NCBI GenBank assembly: GCA_010356995.1
Contig: ML996707.1
Location: 186,001 to 250,000, forward strand
DNA from: Trichodelitschia bisporula
Taxonomy: Eukaryota
Length of the DNA: 64,000 bases
Direction of reading: 5' to 3'
Position numbers and translations under genes: made by a program
The notes under the pieces: model-generated
The model's database searches: none
What the model was told of the DNA's origin: nothing
What the model saw: the letters and a program-made list of their open reading frames with translations, nothing else
Shown: in pieces, positions 23,928-36,530 of the stretch
Layout of the letters: every line of letters starts with the position of its first letter
Position numbering within the stretch: the stretch's first letter is position 1

Positions 23928-26530
23928 ATGGCCCCGGGACGGGCCGTACTTGCGCTCGCGCTGCTCGGCGCTCTGCTTGTACGCTGCGGACATGCGAAGG
24001 AGCAGGCACCCGCCTTTGATCCATTGGACTACGTCGACCCGCTAATCGGAACCGGCGCCGACGGTACGAACTTCAGCGCTTCAGCGCTCCCCTCCTCCCC
24101 TCCTCATATCCTCCCGCTAACACCACATCACAGGCCACGTCTTCCCCGGCGCCACCCTCCCCTACGGCCTCGCCAAACCCGGCGCCGACACCGACAGTTC
24201 CGACAACCAAGGCGGGTTCGCCTCCTCCCCTCCAGCCAACATAACCGGCTTCAGCATCTTACACGACAGCGGGACAGGCGGCGCGCCCTCTTTGGGAAAC
24301 TTCGCGCTCTTTCCGCATGCCAGCTGTGCGGGGGGCGTGCTGGAGCGGTGCGTGTTCAGCAAAAAGGCGCGGAAGACGGGGTATGTGAACGGGAGTGTGG
24401 TGTCTAGACCTGGGTATTTCGGGGTGAAGTTAGCGACGGGCGTCGGGGTGGAGATGAGCGCGACGAGGAGGGCGGGGTTATTCAGGTTTTCGTTTGAGGG
24501 TGAGGGGGAGCGGAAGGGCGGCCCGGTGCTGGTGATGGATTTGACGGATTTGAGCGATAGTCGGCAGGACAATGCCACTATTACGGTGGACAGCCGCGGC
24601 CGCATGACGGGGGGCGGCGTGTTCAAGCCGAGTTTTGGGTCTGGGAGCTATGCTGCGTTTTTTTGTGCGGATTTTCAGGGGCCGGTGGGGGAGAGCGGGG
24701 TTTGGATTAATGATCGGGCGAGTAGGGCGGTGCGGAATGTTACGGTGAGTAGGAGTATTAATAATTATCCGCTGCCTGCGGGGGGGTGGGTTGGGTTCAA
24801 GGAGGGGACGAGGGAGGTTGTGGTTAGGGTGGGGGTTAGTATGGTTTCTAGCGCCAGGGCGTGCGAGAGTGCGGAGGGGGAGATTCCGGGGTGGGATTTT
24901 GAGGGGATCAGGGCAGCTGGAGAGGCGGCGTGGAGGGAGAAGATACGCCCGATTAGGGTGAGCGAGGAGGGCGTGGAGAGGGATATGCTGGTCAATTTTT
25001 ACAGCGGGATATATCGCACGATGGTCAATCCGCAGGACTGGACGGGGGAGAATCCGCTCTGGAGCAGCACGGAGCCGTACTTTGACTCGTTTTACTGGTA
25101 TGCCCCCCCCCCCCCCCCCCCTTAGTTTTCAGTGCTAACAGCGGTGGGGCAGTCTATGGGATAGTTTCCGCAGCCAGATTCCGTTTTTGGTTTTATTGGA
25201 CCCGAAGCAAACAGCCCGCATGATCCGCGCCCTCATCGACATATACCGGCACGACGGCTGGCTCCCGGACTGCCGCATGTCTCTCTCGCGGGGCTACACG
25301 CAGGGTGGGTCGAACGCGGATATCGTGCTCGCGGACGCGCACGCCAAGGGCTTAACCTCCGGGATCGACTGGGAAGCAGGCTACGCCGCCGTGGTCAAAG
25401 ACGCAGAGATCGAGCCCTTTGACTGGTGCTGCCATGGCCGGGGTGGGCTGGACAGTTGGCACGAGCTCGGGTACATCCCGGTTGGCGATTTCGATTGGAA
25501 GGGCTTCGGGACGATGACGCGGAGCGTGAGTCGCACGCTGGAGTATGCGTACAACGACTTCGTGATTGCGGGGATGGCGGCGCGGTTAGGGGGCCGGGAG
25601 GGCGATGTCGAGAAATACACGCGCCGGAGTGGGGGGTGGTTGAATCTGTTCAACCCGTCTATGCGCAGCGCTATCAACGGGACGTCGACTAATTTCACCG
25701 GCTTTTTCCAGCCGCGGTACGCGAACCGCACGTGGGGATATCAGGACCCGCTGAAATGCAGCAATATCGATCCGAATCCGAATTCGGTGTGTAGTTTGCA
25801 GAATACTGGCGCGGAGACGTTTGAGTCGAGTGTCTGGGAGTATGGGTTCTTTGTCCCGCATGACCAGGCTACGCTTATTGGCACGCTGGGCGGGCCGGAG
25901 ACGTTCGTTCGGCGACTTGATTTCTTGCACGACAGCAACATTACCTACATCGGGAATGAACCGGCGTTTTTGACAGTCTTTCAGTATCACTACGCCGGCC
26001 GGCCGGGGCTCAGCGCAAAGCGCGCGCACGCGTACATCCCGTCCTCCTTCTCCCCGACACCAGCCGGCCTGCCCGGGAACGACGACAGCGGCGCAATGGG
26101 CTCATTCCTCGCCTTCGCCATGATGGGCGCATTTCCCAACCCTGGACAAGACGTCTACCTCCTCACGCCTCCCTTCTTCGCCAGCGTGAGCATCACCTCG
26201 CCTCTCACTGGCAAAACGGCCACGATCCGGAATGCCAACTTCGACAGCACCTACAAGGCTATCTACATCCAGAGTGCGACGCTAGATGGGGCGCCGTACA
26301 CGAAGAATTGGATTAGGCATGATTTCTTTTTGAGGGGGGGGACGTTGGTGTTTGTTTTGGGACGGAATGAGAGTACGTGGGGGACGAGGGAGGAGGATTT
26401 GCCGCCGAGTGCGGGGAGGTATGGATATGAGGTGAGGAATCTGACGGCGAGGGTGAGGGCGGGGACGGTGCGGTATAAGTATAGTGAAGGTTTGGAAGCG
26501 GGTCAGCAGTATTGGGGGGCGGGGAGGTAG
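23928..26530 (+). CDS. Secreted GH92 alpha-1,2-mannosidase
   Basis: Signal peptide, YVDPLIGT, FPGATLPYG, HDSGTGGAPSLGNF, TQGGSNAD, SRTLEYAYND, GNEP, PGNDDSGAM. Introns at ~24064-24133 and ~25098-25152. Confidence 0.93.
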
Positions 26531-26956
26531 GGCGGCGGCCTGCTGGTGTCGATGTTGTGATGGGCTGCGTTACACAGCGCCGCCGTTCGGGATCTCATCC
26601 GTAATTGAGTGGAATGCAAGATTTAACGGATCAATAACGCGACCATTGCCATGAATCGTGAACCCCTCGTCGCAAGCATTGTAGCCTCGAGCCTCCACCC
26701 TACCCCACCCGACGAGGCTGAAATAAGCTCAGCCCGCCATCCACCAAACGCCTCATCCCCACACCCTGCCTGCGATTGGCTAGAACATCGTGGGGCTGAT
26801 AGCTGGCGCCACCGACTTGCACGACATCGCACAACAACTAAAGCTGCACATCTACAACTCAGGACACACAAAAACCGCTGCCGCCCGGAATCTCCCCCGA
26901 AGCCCAAGTATGCACAATGTGAAGCGGCTTTCACAACCCACCTCACGAAAATCACG

Positions 26957-28360
26957 ATGCGCCTCACCCTCCCCCGCCTGCTCCTCTCCGCCCTAGGCCT
27001 CACGATATTTACCATCCTGTATCTCTCGCACCCGCGCCTGAACGCTGTTTACACATACACCTATACCCCCACTCCCCCTCCAGAAACATCTTCCCCCATC
27101 ATCAGCGCCTTCTTCCAGCCCTGGGCCCTCCTAATCCACACCACCAAACCCCCTATCTCACCACTCCAGATCTTCTGGCCCGCACAAAACATCCCCGTCA
27201 CCCCCTCCTCCCCCCCCCGCGGCCCAGCAGCCGAAAACCACCTTGACCTCTCCGATGCCGACATAGCCAGCCTACGCGCCGCGCACGCCACCTTCCGCAC
27301 CGCCCTCGACCAGCTCGACCCCTCGACCATCTCCCCCTTCACCGGCGTGGGCATCGTCCTCGTCGCAGGCGGAGAATACTTCGGGCCCGCCCTCGTGTCC
27401 CTCGCCCTCCTCCGGCAAGCCGGCTGCGACCTGCCGGTCGAAGTCTTCGTAGCTGATAACTCCGAGTACGAGTCCGCGCTGTGCGAGATCGAACTCCCAG
27501 CCCTGAACGCGCGGTGCGTCATCCTGTCCGAGTATCTCACCTTCAGCGCCAACTCGGAGGGGAAGACAGCGCACCTCGCGGCGACGCATTACCAGCTCAA
27601 GTCCCTCGCGCTGCTACTAAGTTCCTTCGCTGAAGTTCTATTTCTAGACAGCGACTCCCTCCCGCTCCTCTCCCCCGCCGCGCTCTTCGCATCGCCCGCC
27701 TACACCGACACGGGGCTCATTTCCTGGCCCGATTTCTGGGTCCGCACCGAAGCAACCGCCTTCTACTCCGTCGCCAATATCTCAGTCCCCACAGACCTAC
27801 CACCCGCGAGCGCGGAGGCGGGCCAACTCCTCGTCGACAAGCGCCGGCACCTGAAAACGCTCCTCCTCGCCGCGTACTACAACGTCTGGGGCCCGGGGTG
27901 GTACTACCCTTTGCTCAGCCAGGGCGCGCTGGGCCAGGGCGACAAAACGACCTTCGAGGCTGCTGCGGTTGTGCTGGGCATGCCGTACCACCGCGTGCAG
28001 ACGCCGGTAAGGGCTGTGAGTCGCGTCGTTGATGGGAAGGAGAGGGGGAGCGGGATGGTGCAGTTCGCACCTGGCCCCGAGGCGGGAGTGGCGTTTCTGC
28101 ATGCGAATACGCCGAAGATGAATGCCGGCCACCTTGTTGATGAGGGGGATCTGGTGGATGGTGTAGGGAGGCATTTGCGGCTTTGGGGGGGGGAGGAGGA
28201 GCAGGTAGCACTCTTTGGCGAGGATTTGGAGAGGAGGGTTTGGGGGGTGCTTGTGGAGGGGGGGTGTAGGCTGGAGGGGGTGGTGGAGGAGTGGAAGGGG
28301 CGGGGGGGGGTATGTGGGCGGTTGAGGGGGCATTGGGAGGCGGTGTTTGGGGGGGAGTGA
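26957..28360 (+). CDS. GT71 alpha-1,2-mannosyltransferase (MNN2/MNN5-like), type II membrane
   Basis: N-terminal TM after MRLTLPR, GIVLVAGG, LPVEVF, YQLKSLALLLSSF..VLFLDSD (DxD), WPDFW, GDKTTF. Confidence 0.9.
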   Translation: MRLTLPRLLLSALGLTIFTILYLSHPRLNAVYTYTYTPTPPPETSSPIISAFFQPWALLIHTTKPPISPLQIFWPAQNIPVTPSSPPRGPAAENHLDLSDADIASLRAAHATFRTALDQLDPSTISPFTGVGIVLVAGGEYFGPALVSLALLRQAGCDLPVEVFVADNSEYESALCEIELPALNARCVILSEYLTFSANSEGKTAHLAATHYQLKSLALLLSSFAEVLFLDSDSLPLLSPAALFASPAYTDTGLISWPDFWVRTEATAFYSVANISVPTDLPPASAEAGQLLVDKRRHLKTLLLAAYYNVWGPGWYYPLLSQGALGQGDKTTFEAAAVVLGMPYHRVQTPVRAVSRVVDGKERGSGMVQFAPGPEAGVAFLHANTPKMNAGHLVDEGDLVDGVGRHLRLWGGEEEQVALFGEDLERRVWGVLVEGGCRLEGVVEEWKGRGGVCGRLRGHWEAVFGGE

Positions 28361-29421
28361 GGGGTTCGGACTTGGGGAGCCGGGAGGTATCGTGGGCTGG
28401 ATTTACTGGGTATGGGTTGAGGCGTTACTGGCTCGAAGGAGCGTCTAGTGATCTCGATGGTGTTCGTTTGATTGGAAATCGTCTGGCCGGGAGGCCTACG
28501 CGGACGTACTACAGTACGTGGCGCATCTCGTGGGTAGCGGGTCTTCCACCAATGGATCTTGCCTGACTTATCGCAGTACCAGAGTATAGGCCGCACGTGA
28601 CTATGGTGCAATTGTCAAGAAGGGTTGCAGTACGCAACGCCTTGACCTGCCGATATCGCCAGTGTATGTGGTGTCGGCTACCGGATTATATTTTCGGGCC
28701 GATGGAAAGATCAAGTGCCGTCTGCAGTTGCCAATGGACGCCCTGGTGGTATTGAATTCACCATCAAGCGTAACTAGCTTCGTGACTTCAAAGAATAGCT
28801 GAAGTTGATCGGCACAGAGTGTTAAACACCGCAGAGGAAGTAACCTCCATGCCAAGATCATGACGTCATATATCACGACGTCGTCTCAACCTCCACCGAG
28901 CAACAACGACAACCAAAAGCGTAAACAGGCAACACAACGCAAGCACAACGCAAGCACGCCGCACCAAATGAGTCAGATAGTTTCCACAGGAACCGTAGGA
29001 ATGATTCTAGTGGCATTGATAGCGGGTCAATACCGCGCAGACCGTCCCGTTAGCATAACAATACCCCGAGCTCCATGCCTTTCCCCCCCGCGTAACGACA
29101 CCACCACCAACACCTGGACCCTATCCTCCTCCTTATGAATAGATTTGCCTCTAGGGCTAGCGATACACCCCCACCCGCCCCCCCTAGCGAAACAACCAGT
29201 CAAACTCAACCGCAAAATCCCCCGTCTGAATCGGCGGCAGCACAGGCGCCGTCTCCGTAATCGGCTGCGGACTATCCGCCGCCCACCAACTAGCATCAAG
29301 TCTAACCTGCGTGCCAATCAGGGCCTCCCACCTCGGGCGCTGCACCAGCGCCATTGCCATCGCCTCATCACGGGCACGGATGCGCTCCGTTGAAAAACTA
29401 CCAATTGTCAGAAATCCCTTG

Positions 29422-31483
29422 CTAAAACAGATGCGTCAGGTCCCCGACAGAGCGGGTACGAGACGCGCGCCGCACGGCCCGGGGCGGCGGCGAGGGCGGC
29501 GGCAGAGACGCTGTTTCAGCCTCCGGGGCGGGGACCAGCGTACCGGACTCGGCCATAGGGCTGCTGGAATACGAAAGTCGGTCCTGTGACGGGCGCGAGA
29601 AGCGCGCTTCATACCTCATCCAGGTGCCGAGGAAGACGTCCTGGCGCACGATTTCGTAGGCGCGGTCGAAGACGGCGTTGGTGAATGACGCTGGGATCTG
29701 GTCGGGCGAGACGGTGCTCTCGACCGAGGCGGCGGGGAAGGTGTAGAGCTTTTCGACGGCAGAGGCTACGCGACGCTGGGTGTCGGTCATGGTGGACACG
29801 CGTGGACCGGCGTCTTCGCCTTCCCATGGCGCTATTACGTTGATGTTTGTACTCTTGGTGCTGAGGTTGCTGCCCGGCGATGAGGGGAGTTCGTCGGGAT
29901 AGTGCTGGTATCGTAGCGTAGCGAAGATTTTGGCGAGCTCGTTGAGGGTCTTGCTGTCGATGTTGATGCACAGCTTCGCCGTCACGGGGTCGACGAGGCG
30001 GAAGAAGATGAGTCCTGCCTCTTCGAAGCGCTGTGTCTGCTCCTCGGGGCTGAGCATCGGCGACACCTTGAGGGCGTCATCCCACTTGGCCTTCCAGTCA
30101 CGCACTTCCTTGATGAAGACGATGTTCTCAGCCGTAAACTCGCGCTCGGCCGCCCAGTGCAGCAGCGGATCGATGTTCTTGGCGATCTGCATGTCAAGCG
30201 AGGCCATGCTGTACAGAGCTCGGTTCTTTGCACGAGTCGACTCCGGCTCTCTGGCGAGGCCGATCCGCTGAAGCGTGCGGCGGGCCATCCTGCTGTCCCA
30301 CCACGGGAAGAATATGGCGGCAAACTGCATGGCGATCAGTCCGGGTAGAAGCCTGTGGCGTGAGGATTCCATGAGTAATCTTGATCATACGAAATATTGC
30401 AACATAGAAGTACTTACCAGCCCGATGGCACGAACCACTTGTTAATGTTGGCGAGAGCAGGCCGATCAGAGTAGACGAAGACCAGCCAGAGCGGGGTGCC
30501 AGGCAACCTGCTACAATTAGGACAAGTAAAACTGCACGCAAGACACCATCTCACCCAGCAACAATGGCAAGTCTCGTCTGCCAGGCCCAGTAGTGAGTGT
30601 CGTGGATGTGGCGTATGCGGAGGAGAAGCGCAGGGCCAAAGACAGCCGCCCACAAAAACTGCCAGAAGACAGAGGGAATCCTGCCATCATCGCCCGCGCG
30701 GTCAGCCTACGCACACCTGACTTTTGGTTCCAAGACTTCATCGTCCAGATCCAGCTCCGAAGTCCAGTCCCCTTTCGGCCCAAAACCTACCACTCTGTTC
30801 CCCTCCGACACCGCCCCGCATCAACGTGCGATCCGAACAGACCCCAGCCGGCATGGAAGCGGGTCGAGCCGAAGAATAGCACGAGCGTCACCAGCACCTT
30901 CCCTTCGTTAGCCAAATGAGGAAGTGGCGAGCATCGTGCCTACTTGAACCGTCATCCCTACGCATATGCCAACGTATGTCCGGTGCACGGCACTTTGCTG
31001 GCGCCACCACTCCCGCCAATCCCCCATAAGGCTGAAGCGCAGCCTCTTTCCCCCGTACCGGCCTTTGGACAATTCCTTCTGGACATCATAATACGCCAGC
31101 AGGCGGACATTGGACGCTTTACGCATTAGCCTACCGCTCCCTCACCACCCTTTATCAGCAACGAAAAACTTACCTTGGAACAACGCCACCCCCCCCGGCA
31201 GCAAAATACTCATGATCCAAAACTCCCATCCGCACTTGAACGCGCCGTTCAGCGGATACGCCAGCAACACCAGCACCAAATAGACATGCAGACTGGCCAC
31301 TACGGCCACCGTGGTCCCGAACCCGCGCATGCGCACTGCTAACGTGTGCCGCTGCGTCCACAGCGCGAATAGCCCGCCGGTCACGGCGACAGTATGCATC
31401 GCCGCGAAGATGATGTAAAACACACCCAGGGCGTCGAGGTTAGGCGCCTGCCAGTCATGGCCATCGCGGGGCCGGAGAGCCAT
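29422..31483 (-). CDS. gprK: 7-TM receptor with C-terminal RGS domain (GprK / class VI fungal GPCR-like)
   Basis: Hydrophobic helices, EFWIMSILLPGGVALFQASN, GWEWVPSIVWQ-like segment, and RGS motifs REFTAENIVF and INIDS...VFDRA. Two introns (~31118-31173, ~30354-30417). Confidence 0.82.
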
Positions 31484-32452
31484 CGCTCTCGTCGATTCTC
31501 TCGTATGCAAACAGATGGCGACTTGCAACAACACCAAAGGTAAGACGCAAAAACCCCTCCTCACATTCCCCACGGCATCCCGCCTCTAAAACACCCACAG
31601 AAGCCCCCCCCCACTCCACCCCTCGCCCTCGCACCCCCTCCTACCGCCGACCCATCACCAATCGTCCGTACCACATCCGTGTAACCAGCGTCCGCGGCGA
31701 ATTTCCGTGTGCCATCAAACTCACTTCGTCCAAACCCGCATGCCACGATGTGGAAGTGGCAATACCACCGTGCGCCCTCACTCTCATCTTGTTACGGCCA
31801 CACTCCCACACTCACACACGTATACACACAAAAGGGCCTTGCGTCGACGGCGCCCACCCGCTCGGGAACGGCGTGCATGCAGATGCGGCCGCCCTTGCGT
31901 CGGCAATGGCGTTACAGTCACGCTACACCCCTTGCAGAAATGCTGAGGACAATGGAAAGGAAAGGAGGGCTGGTTGTGCTCTTTGATTGGCGCTGTAGGG
32001 AAATCTGGGCGTGGTGTCATCTCGTTTGCCTGCCTTGCCTGCCTTGTCTGCCTAGCCCGCTCGCGATGGGTTGTGCAAAGGAGACATGGTGGTGTCTACA
32101 ATGGCGATGCAAAGGGTATCTTGGATAGATTGCGCCGTTTTTGCTCATTAACAGGCCAGTCAATGGCTTCGTGAATAATGCACATCTCAATGTCTTAGCT
32201 ACGACAGGAGTTCCCTTTGCCGTCAAACCAACTCTGCAACGTCTGGCACCCTGAACCTACGAGCGTGTGAGCCAAGCAGTCACCAGCACATCATCACGAG
32301 CACCACATCATCTCATATACCACCACAGGGCAGGGGCGTACTAGATTTTTGGAACTGCTGTAGCGATGCTGACAAAGAGCCTCATGAGCCCGTAAACTGC
32401 ATACAACCCGGAACACCCCAAACGGCAACACCCATGACCGCAGTAAGCACGT

Positions 32453-33185
32453 TTACCGATTGCTCTTGGCGACACGCTCCAACTCGTCCTTCTTCTTGAT
32501 GGCGTACGAGTTGCTGCTGCCCTTGGCCGCGTTGATCAGCTCTTCAGCAAGGCACTCAGCAATGCTCTTCACGTTGCGGAAGGCAGCCTCGCGCGCACCG
32601 ATGGTGAGCAGAGCGATGGCCTGGTTGACGCGGCGCAGAGGCGACACATCGACGGCCTGGCGACGGACGGTACCAGCAGAGCCGATACGGGTGCTGTCTT
32701 CGCGAGGGCCGCAGTTGACGATGGCATCAACGGCAACCTGGATGGGGTTCTGGTCCGTCATGATGTGGATCTGGCGGGTCAGCCGCGTTCCCTCACTGGA
32801 TCCGGTTCACTCACGATCTCGAAGGCGTGCGCCACGATGCGGACAGCCATCAGCTTCTTGCCGTTGTTGCGGCCGTTCATCATCAGAGAGTTGGTGAGAC
32901 GCTCGATGATCGGGCATTGCGCCTTGCGGAAGCGCTTGACGGCATAGCGGCCAGCAGAGTGGGAGACGTAGACGGGGGAGCGGATCTGGATGTAATCGCT
33001 GCAGGACGTTAGCCATGCGCCATAGAGCTCCCATACTGCACCCACGTCAGAGAGATGTCACGGATCTCAACATCCTCATAGCTCCACTTGTTGAACAGCT
33101 TGACGCTACCGATCTCATCGGTGACCTCCTTGGGGAGCATGGCATAGCCAGTCGGGCTCTCGACCTCAATTTCGCCTTCAGACAT
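32453..33185 (-). CDS. rps5: 40S ribosomal protein S5 (uS7)
   Basis: [29 protein letters not shown]...[14 protein letters not shown]...[11 protein letters not shown] across two introns. Confidence 0.98.
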
Positions 33186-33904
33186 GGTGTCGGTAGTTTT
33201 GGGGGAAACGCGCTATTGCCGTGACGATTCGTCCGCAGGGGAGTCCTCAAGTGATTTTTGTCAGCAATATGGCGCGCGTTGGCGTAGTTGTGGGTGAGAG
33301 TCGACAATGGTTGTTTTGGTGGTCGAAGGCTTTTTCGTCGATGGAAGATGTGGGATATTCGCTTAGCGTCGTGGTCTTGGCGAGCCTGTGTGTGGGTCTG
33401 TGCGTGGATGAAAGGCGCGTTAGGCGCGCGTCTGGCTACTGCCCCTGCACCGCGCCTAGTGACGACAGGAAGTCGCGACCATTTCCACTTCACATCGGAC
33501 GACATATCCTGCTCATCACCAATTTTATCGCTGTCATAAAGGCTGCCACTTTAGCCAAACAGCATACCAAAGCACGCTTGTACTATTGTAGGGTCAATGA
33601 AAGCCAGGACATGAGTTCGCTAAATCAACAACTGTCGTTGCATTCATGGCATATGTACATAAACTTATCAATCCGCCCTGCAATCATCTGATCTTGCCGA
33701 ATTACACCATGTAGCTCGTCAACCTTTTCTATCTTCGACCATTACTAACAGGCCGGTTCAGTTTATGAGAGATCGACTTATGGCTTCCTTTGTGCCTTCC
33801 AGTGTACTCTATCCTCCCAGTCCATCCCAGCCGGCATTTGGTGTCATCGGGAACGTGTTTTTACGTGGACGATGCTGACATTGTAACTATCTACTGTTCC
33901 CTTT

Positions 33905-34828
33905 CTAGTACTTCAGCCCACTAACCGCCGTGACACCGGCATCGACGGGCAAGATGACACCAGTACACCATCTGGCTTCATCACTCGCCAGCCACTTCAC
34001 CGCACTCGCAACGTCCCAGGCATCCCCCTCCGTCTTCAACAAACTCCTGTCCCGCCTCGTGTTCCTCATCTCCTCACTCATCCCCTCTTTGAACATCATC
34101 GGTGTGTACACCATCCCAGGGCACACACAATTAACCCTAACCCCCTGGTGTGCATGCTGCGCCGCCATCGCGCGACTCATATTCACGACAGCCCCCTTCG
34201 CCGTCGGATACAGCAGACTCGGTGTACCTCCTCTCAGTCCCGCAACAGAGCCGAGATTCACAATCGAACCGCGCCAGACTGGCCCCGTAGGCGGCATATG
34301 CTTTGGCAGCGGATTCGCGGCCAGATGCGGCAGCGCATACTTCGCCATCTGCGCCATGGCCGTGACATTGAGCTCCAGCGCCTTTGCCCACGCGCCTGCA
34401 TCCAGCGTCTCCGCCGTCCCAGGCGGACCAATGACGCCCACCACATTAACCAGGACATCGATCCGACCCCACTTCTCGATCGCAAATGCCGCAGCAGCCG
34501 CACAGTCTGCATCGGATGTGACGTCGGCTTTGAAAGGCAACGCGGTCCCGTAGGCTGTCCCGGGGTGTGCGCGCGCGTCAGCCTGGATCATGGCGACAGT
34601 CATTTCTGCAGCCGGAAGCGAAATGTCGATGCACACCACATTGCACCCTGCAGCCGCGAGGAGCATGGCGATAGCACGCCCGTTGCCGAGGTACGTTCCA
34701 TGAGCGCCGGCACCGGTGACGAGCGCGACGTGGCCTGCGAAGGACGGGTCGGGGCGTGCTGGGAGGTTGGCGAGGAGTTCCGCATCTGTGAGGAGTTCAG
34801 TCTCTTTGAGGGGCGGCGGGGCGGACAT
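33905..34828 (-). CDS. Short-chain dehydrogenase/reductase (classical SDR)
   Basis: VALVTGAG..GNGRAIA, GRIDVLVN, SIVNLGS, YPTAK (YxxxK), VRVNCVCPG. ATG at 34828 has GCCAAAATG context. Confidence 0.93.
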   Translation of the reverse strand: MSAPPPLKETELLTDAELLANLPARPDPSFAGHVALVTGAGAHGTYLGNGRAIAMLLAAAGCNVVCIDISLPAAEMTVAMIQADARAHPGTAYGTALPFKADVTSDADCAAAAAFAIEKWGRIDVLVNVVGVIGPPGTAETLDAGAWAKALELNVTAMAQMAKYALPHLAANPLPKHMPPTGPVWRGSIVNLGSVAGLRGGTPSLLYPTAKGAVVNMSRAMAAQHAHQGVRVNCVCPGMVYTPMMFKEGMSEEMRNTRRDRSLLKTEGDAWDVASAVKWLASDEARWCTGVILPVDAGVTAVSGLKY

Positions 34829-35208
34829 TTTGGCGGAGGTAGGCGGGGGTGGGGGTTTGAGGGGAGCGGGGCTCGGGGGAGTGAAGGCGAGGCTGAGGTA
34901 GGGGTAGCCGGGCGAGAGCGGGGTGCAGGGGGAGGCCGCCGAGGTCGGACTGGGATTATGGGCCGGGATGCAACCAATGCGAGCAGCGGGTGGACCCATG
35001 AAAGCGACGGGTGAACCTTTACCCACGACGGGCGAACCATTGCCAACGACGGGCGGACCATTGCCAGCGACGGTCGAAAGTTTGCTGACGACCGAAAAAC
35101 TATTTCCAGCGACCGATGGAGTGCGAACGATGGATGAAGGTCCGGACTTGGCCTGCGGTTGCGCTTCGAGCTCTGCGACCATCGGCGAGGAGCGAAACGC
35201 AGGATGGA

Positions 35209-35635
35209 TGTAGTCCTCCTCCAGATCCTTCTTAATATCGCGGGAATGAGGCGCGAAGATCTCCTGCAGCGTGTGGAACTGCTGCGATGGGGTTCCGCAT
35301 TCGACAATCAGTTCACGCATGATCTTTGCGATGGACGTGTTGATGAAGATCATTATTTTGGCCCCAATGCGGTTCTGCTCAGTGGTCCATTCATGCTGGG
35401 CAAGCCATTGCTGTTCGAACCATTGGCTTGTATTGCCATCTTTTGGACCTGGCGGCTTCAGCGCGCGCTTTTGCTCCGACCAAGGATCGTCGAAGTCGGC
35501 CGGGAGTCGGTTCGGTGAAGTGTCGATGAGGTGTTTACCCCCAACGATGTTGACGTAGTTCCTCAGCTGGCTGCACCAGCGGTACCACTGCTTGCCCTCC
35601 TGCAAGATCAGGCGGTTGTCGGAGAACCGCTCCAT
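35209..35635 (-). mobile_element. Ty1/copia-type gag-like fragment (truncated)
   Basis: IL..GKQWYRWCSQLRNYV...HLID.....KIMIFINTSI...TPSQQFHTLQEIFAP...LEEDY resembles the N-terminal gag helices of fungal copia elements (recognised by eye). No pol, PBS or paired LTRs seen. Confidence 0.55.
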
Positions 35636-36318
35636 GGTTGCTGCTATCGCAAACTGCGGTTTCGAGTTGTTCGGATTTCCGGGAGGCGGCAACATTGGTG
35701 GCGTGGTGGTGATGAATCGAGGCAGCTGTTGTAAGGAAGCGCGAAGCTTCAGCAGCTGAGTGTTGTTGGTGTTGTTGGGTGGAGTATTTTTCGGGTGCGC
35801 ACCTGGAGCTCACATATAAACGGTGAGTTCGCTCCTTGGCTAACTCCCACAGCGTTGCCAGTACAACTAAATGTTGCAATCGCGGGCAACAAGTTTGCTG
35901 ACTTCTTCTCCCATGTTTGCGCGTCGATATCTTGTCCCGGGTCCGGCATGTGGACCACCCTTCCGTCCCACGTGTGTGGGGAAGGGGGTCCGAGGCTGAG
36001 GCGAGGCTAGCTGCTATACGACTGCTATGCGGAAGCGGTCTTCCTCCACTGAGCCGTGTCGCTATATTGATATTGGGCTGCTAAAGCACCCTTTCACTCC
36101 GCCCTATAGCCTTACGGCCGCGGCCGCAAGGGCCCATCTGTGATATCCCCCGCGTGGATACTAAGAGTGTAGGGAAACTTTTGATCGTCGGCGTAAGGGA
36201 GCTGAACGTGGATATATATGTAGTGAATGGAAAAGCTATCGCGTAATCACCGGAAGCGTCCAGAGCGTAAGGCACACATAGCACACATGGTACTAAGGCA
36301 TCATACTTACGACTGGAT

Positions 36319-36530
36319 GGAGCATATCAGTCTGGAGAAGGCGCCATGGTAATGGAAGGCGCATATGATGTAATATGCGCACGTTGGGAGGAGGGAGCAT
36401 TAGAAGATGCTGGGCACGCACCTATATATTTCTCTCGAGCGTCCCTGACTGTCTCCTGTCGTTTGTCTTCTTGCGATCTATCACTTCACACCGTAGCCAT
36501 TGTACATCCAAAGCTTATCCTTCCATTAAA
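36319..36530 (+). repeat. Dispersed repeat family, copy A
   Basis: Shares GGAGCAT..GGAAGGCGCATA..TGTCTTC..TCACTTCACACCGTAGCCATTGTACATCCAAAGCTTATCCTTCCATTAAA with copies D and E. Confidence 0.65.

Noticed and set aside
26651..26956. 102-codon upstream extension of the GT71 ORF
   Set aside because: ATG 26957 immediately precedes the type II anchor as expected; the upstream C-rich sequence is stop-poor by composition.
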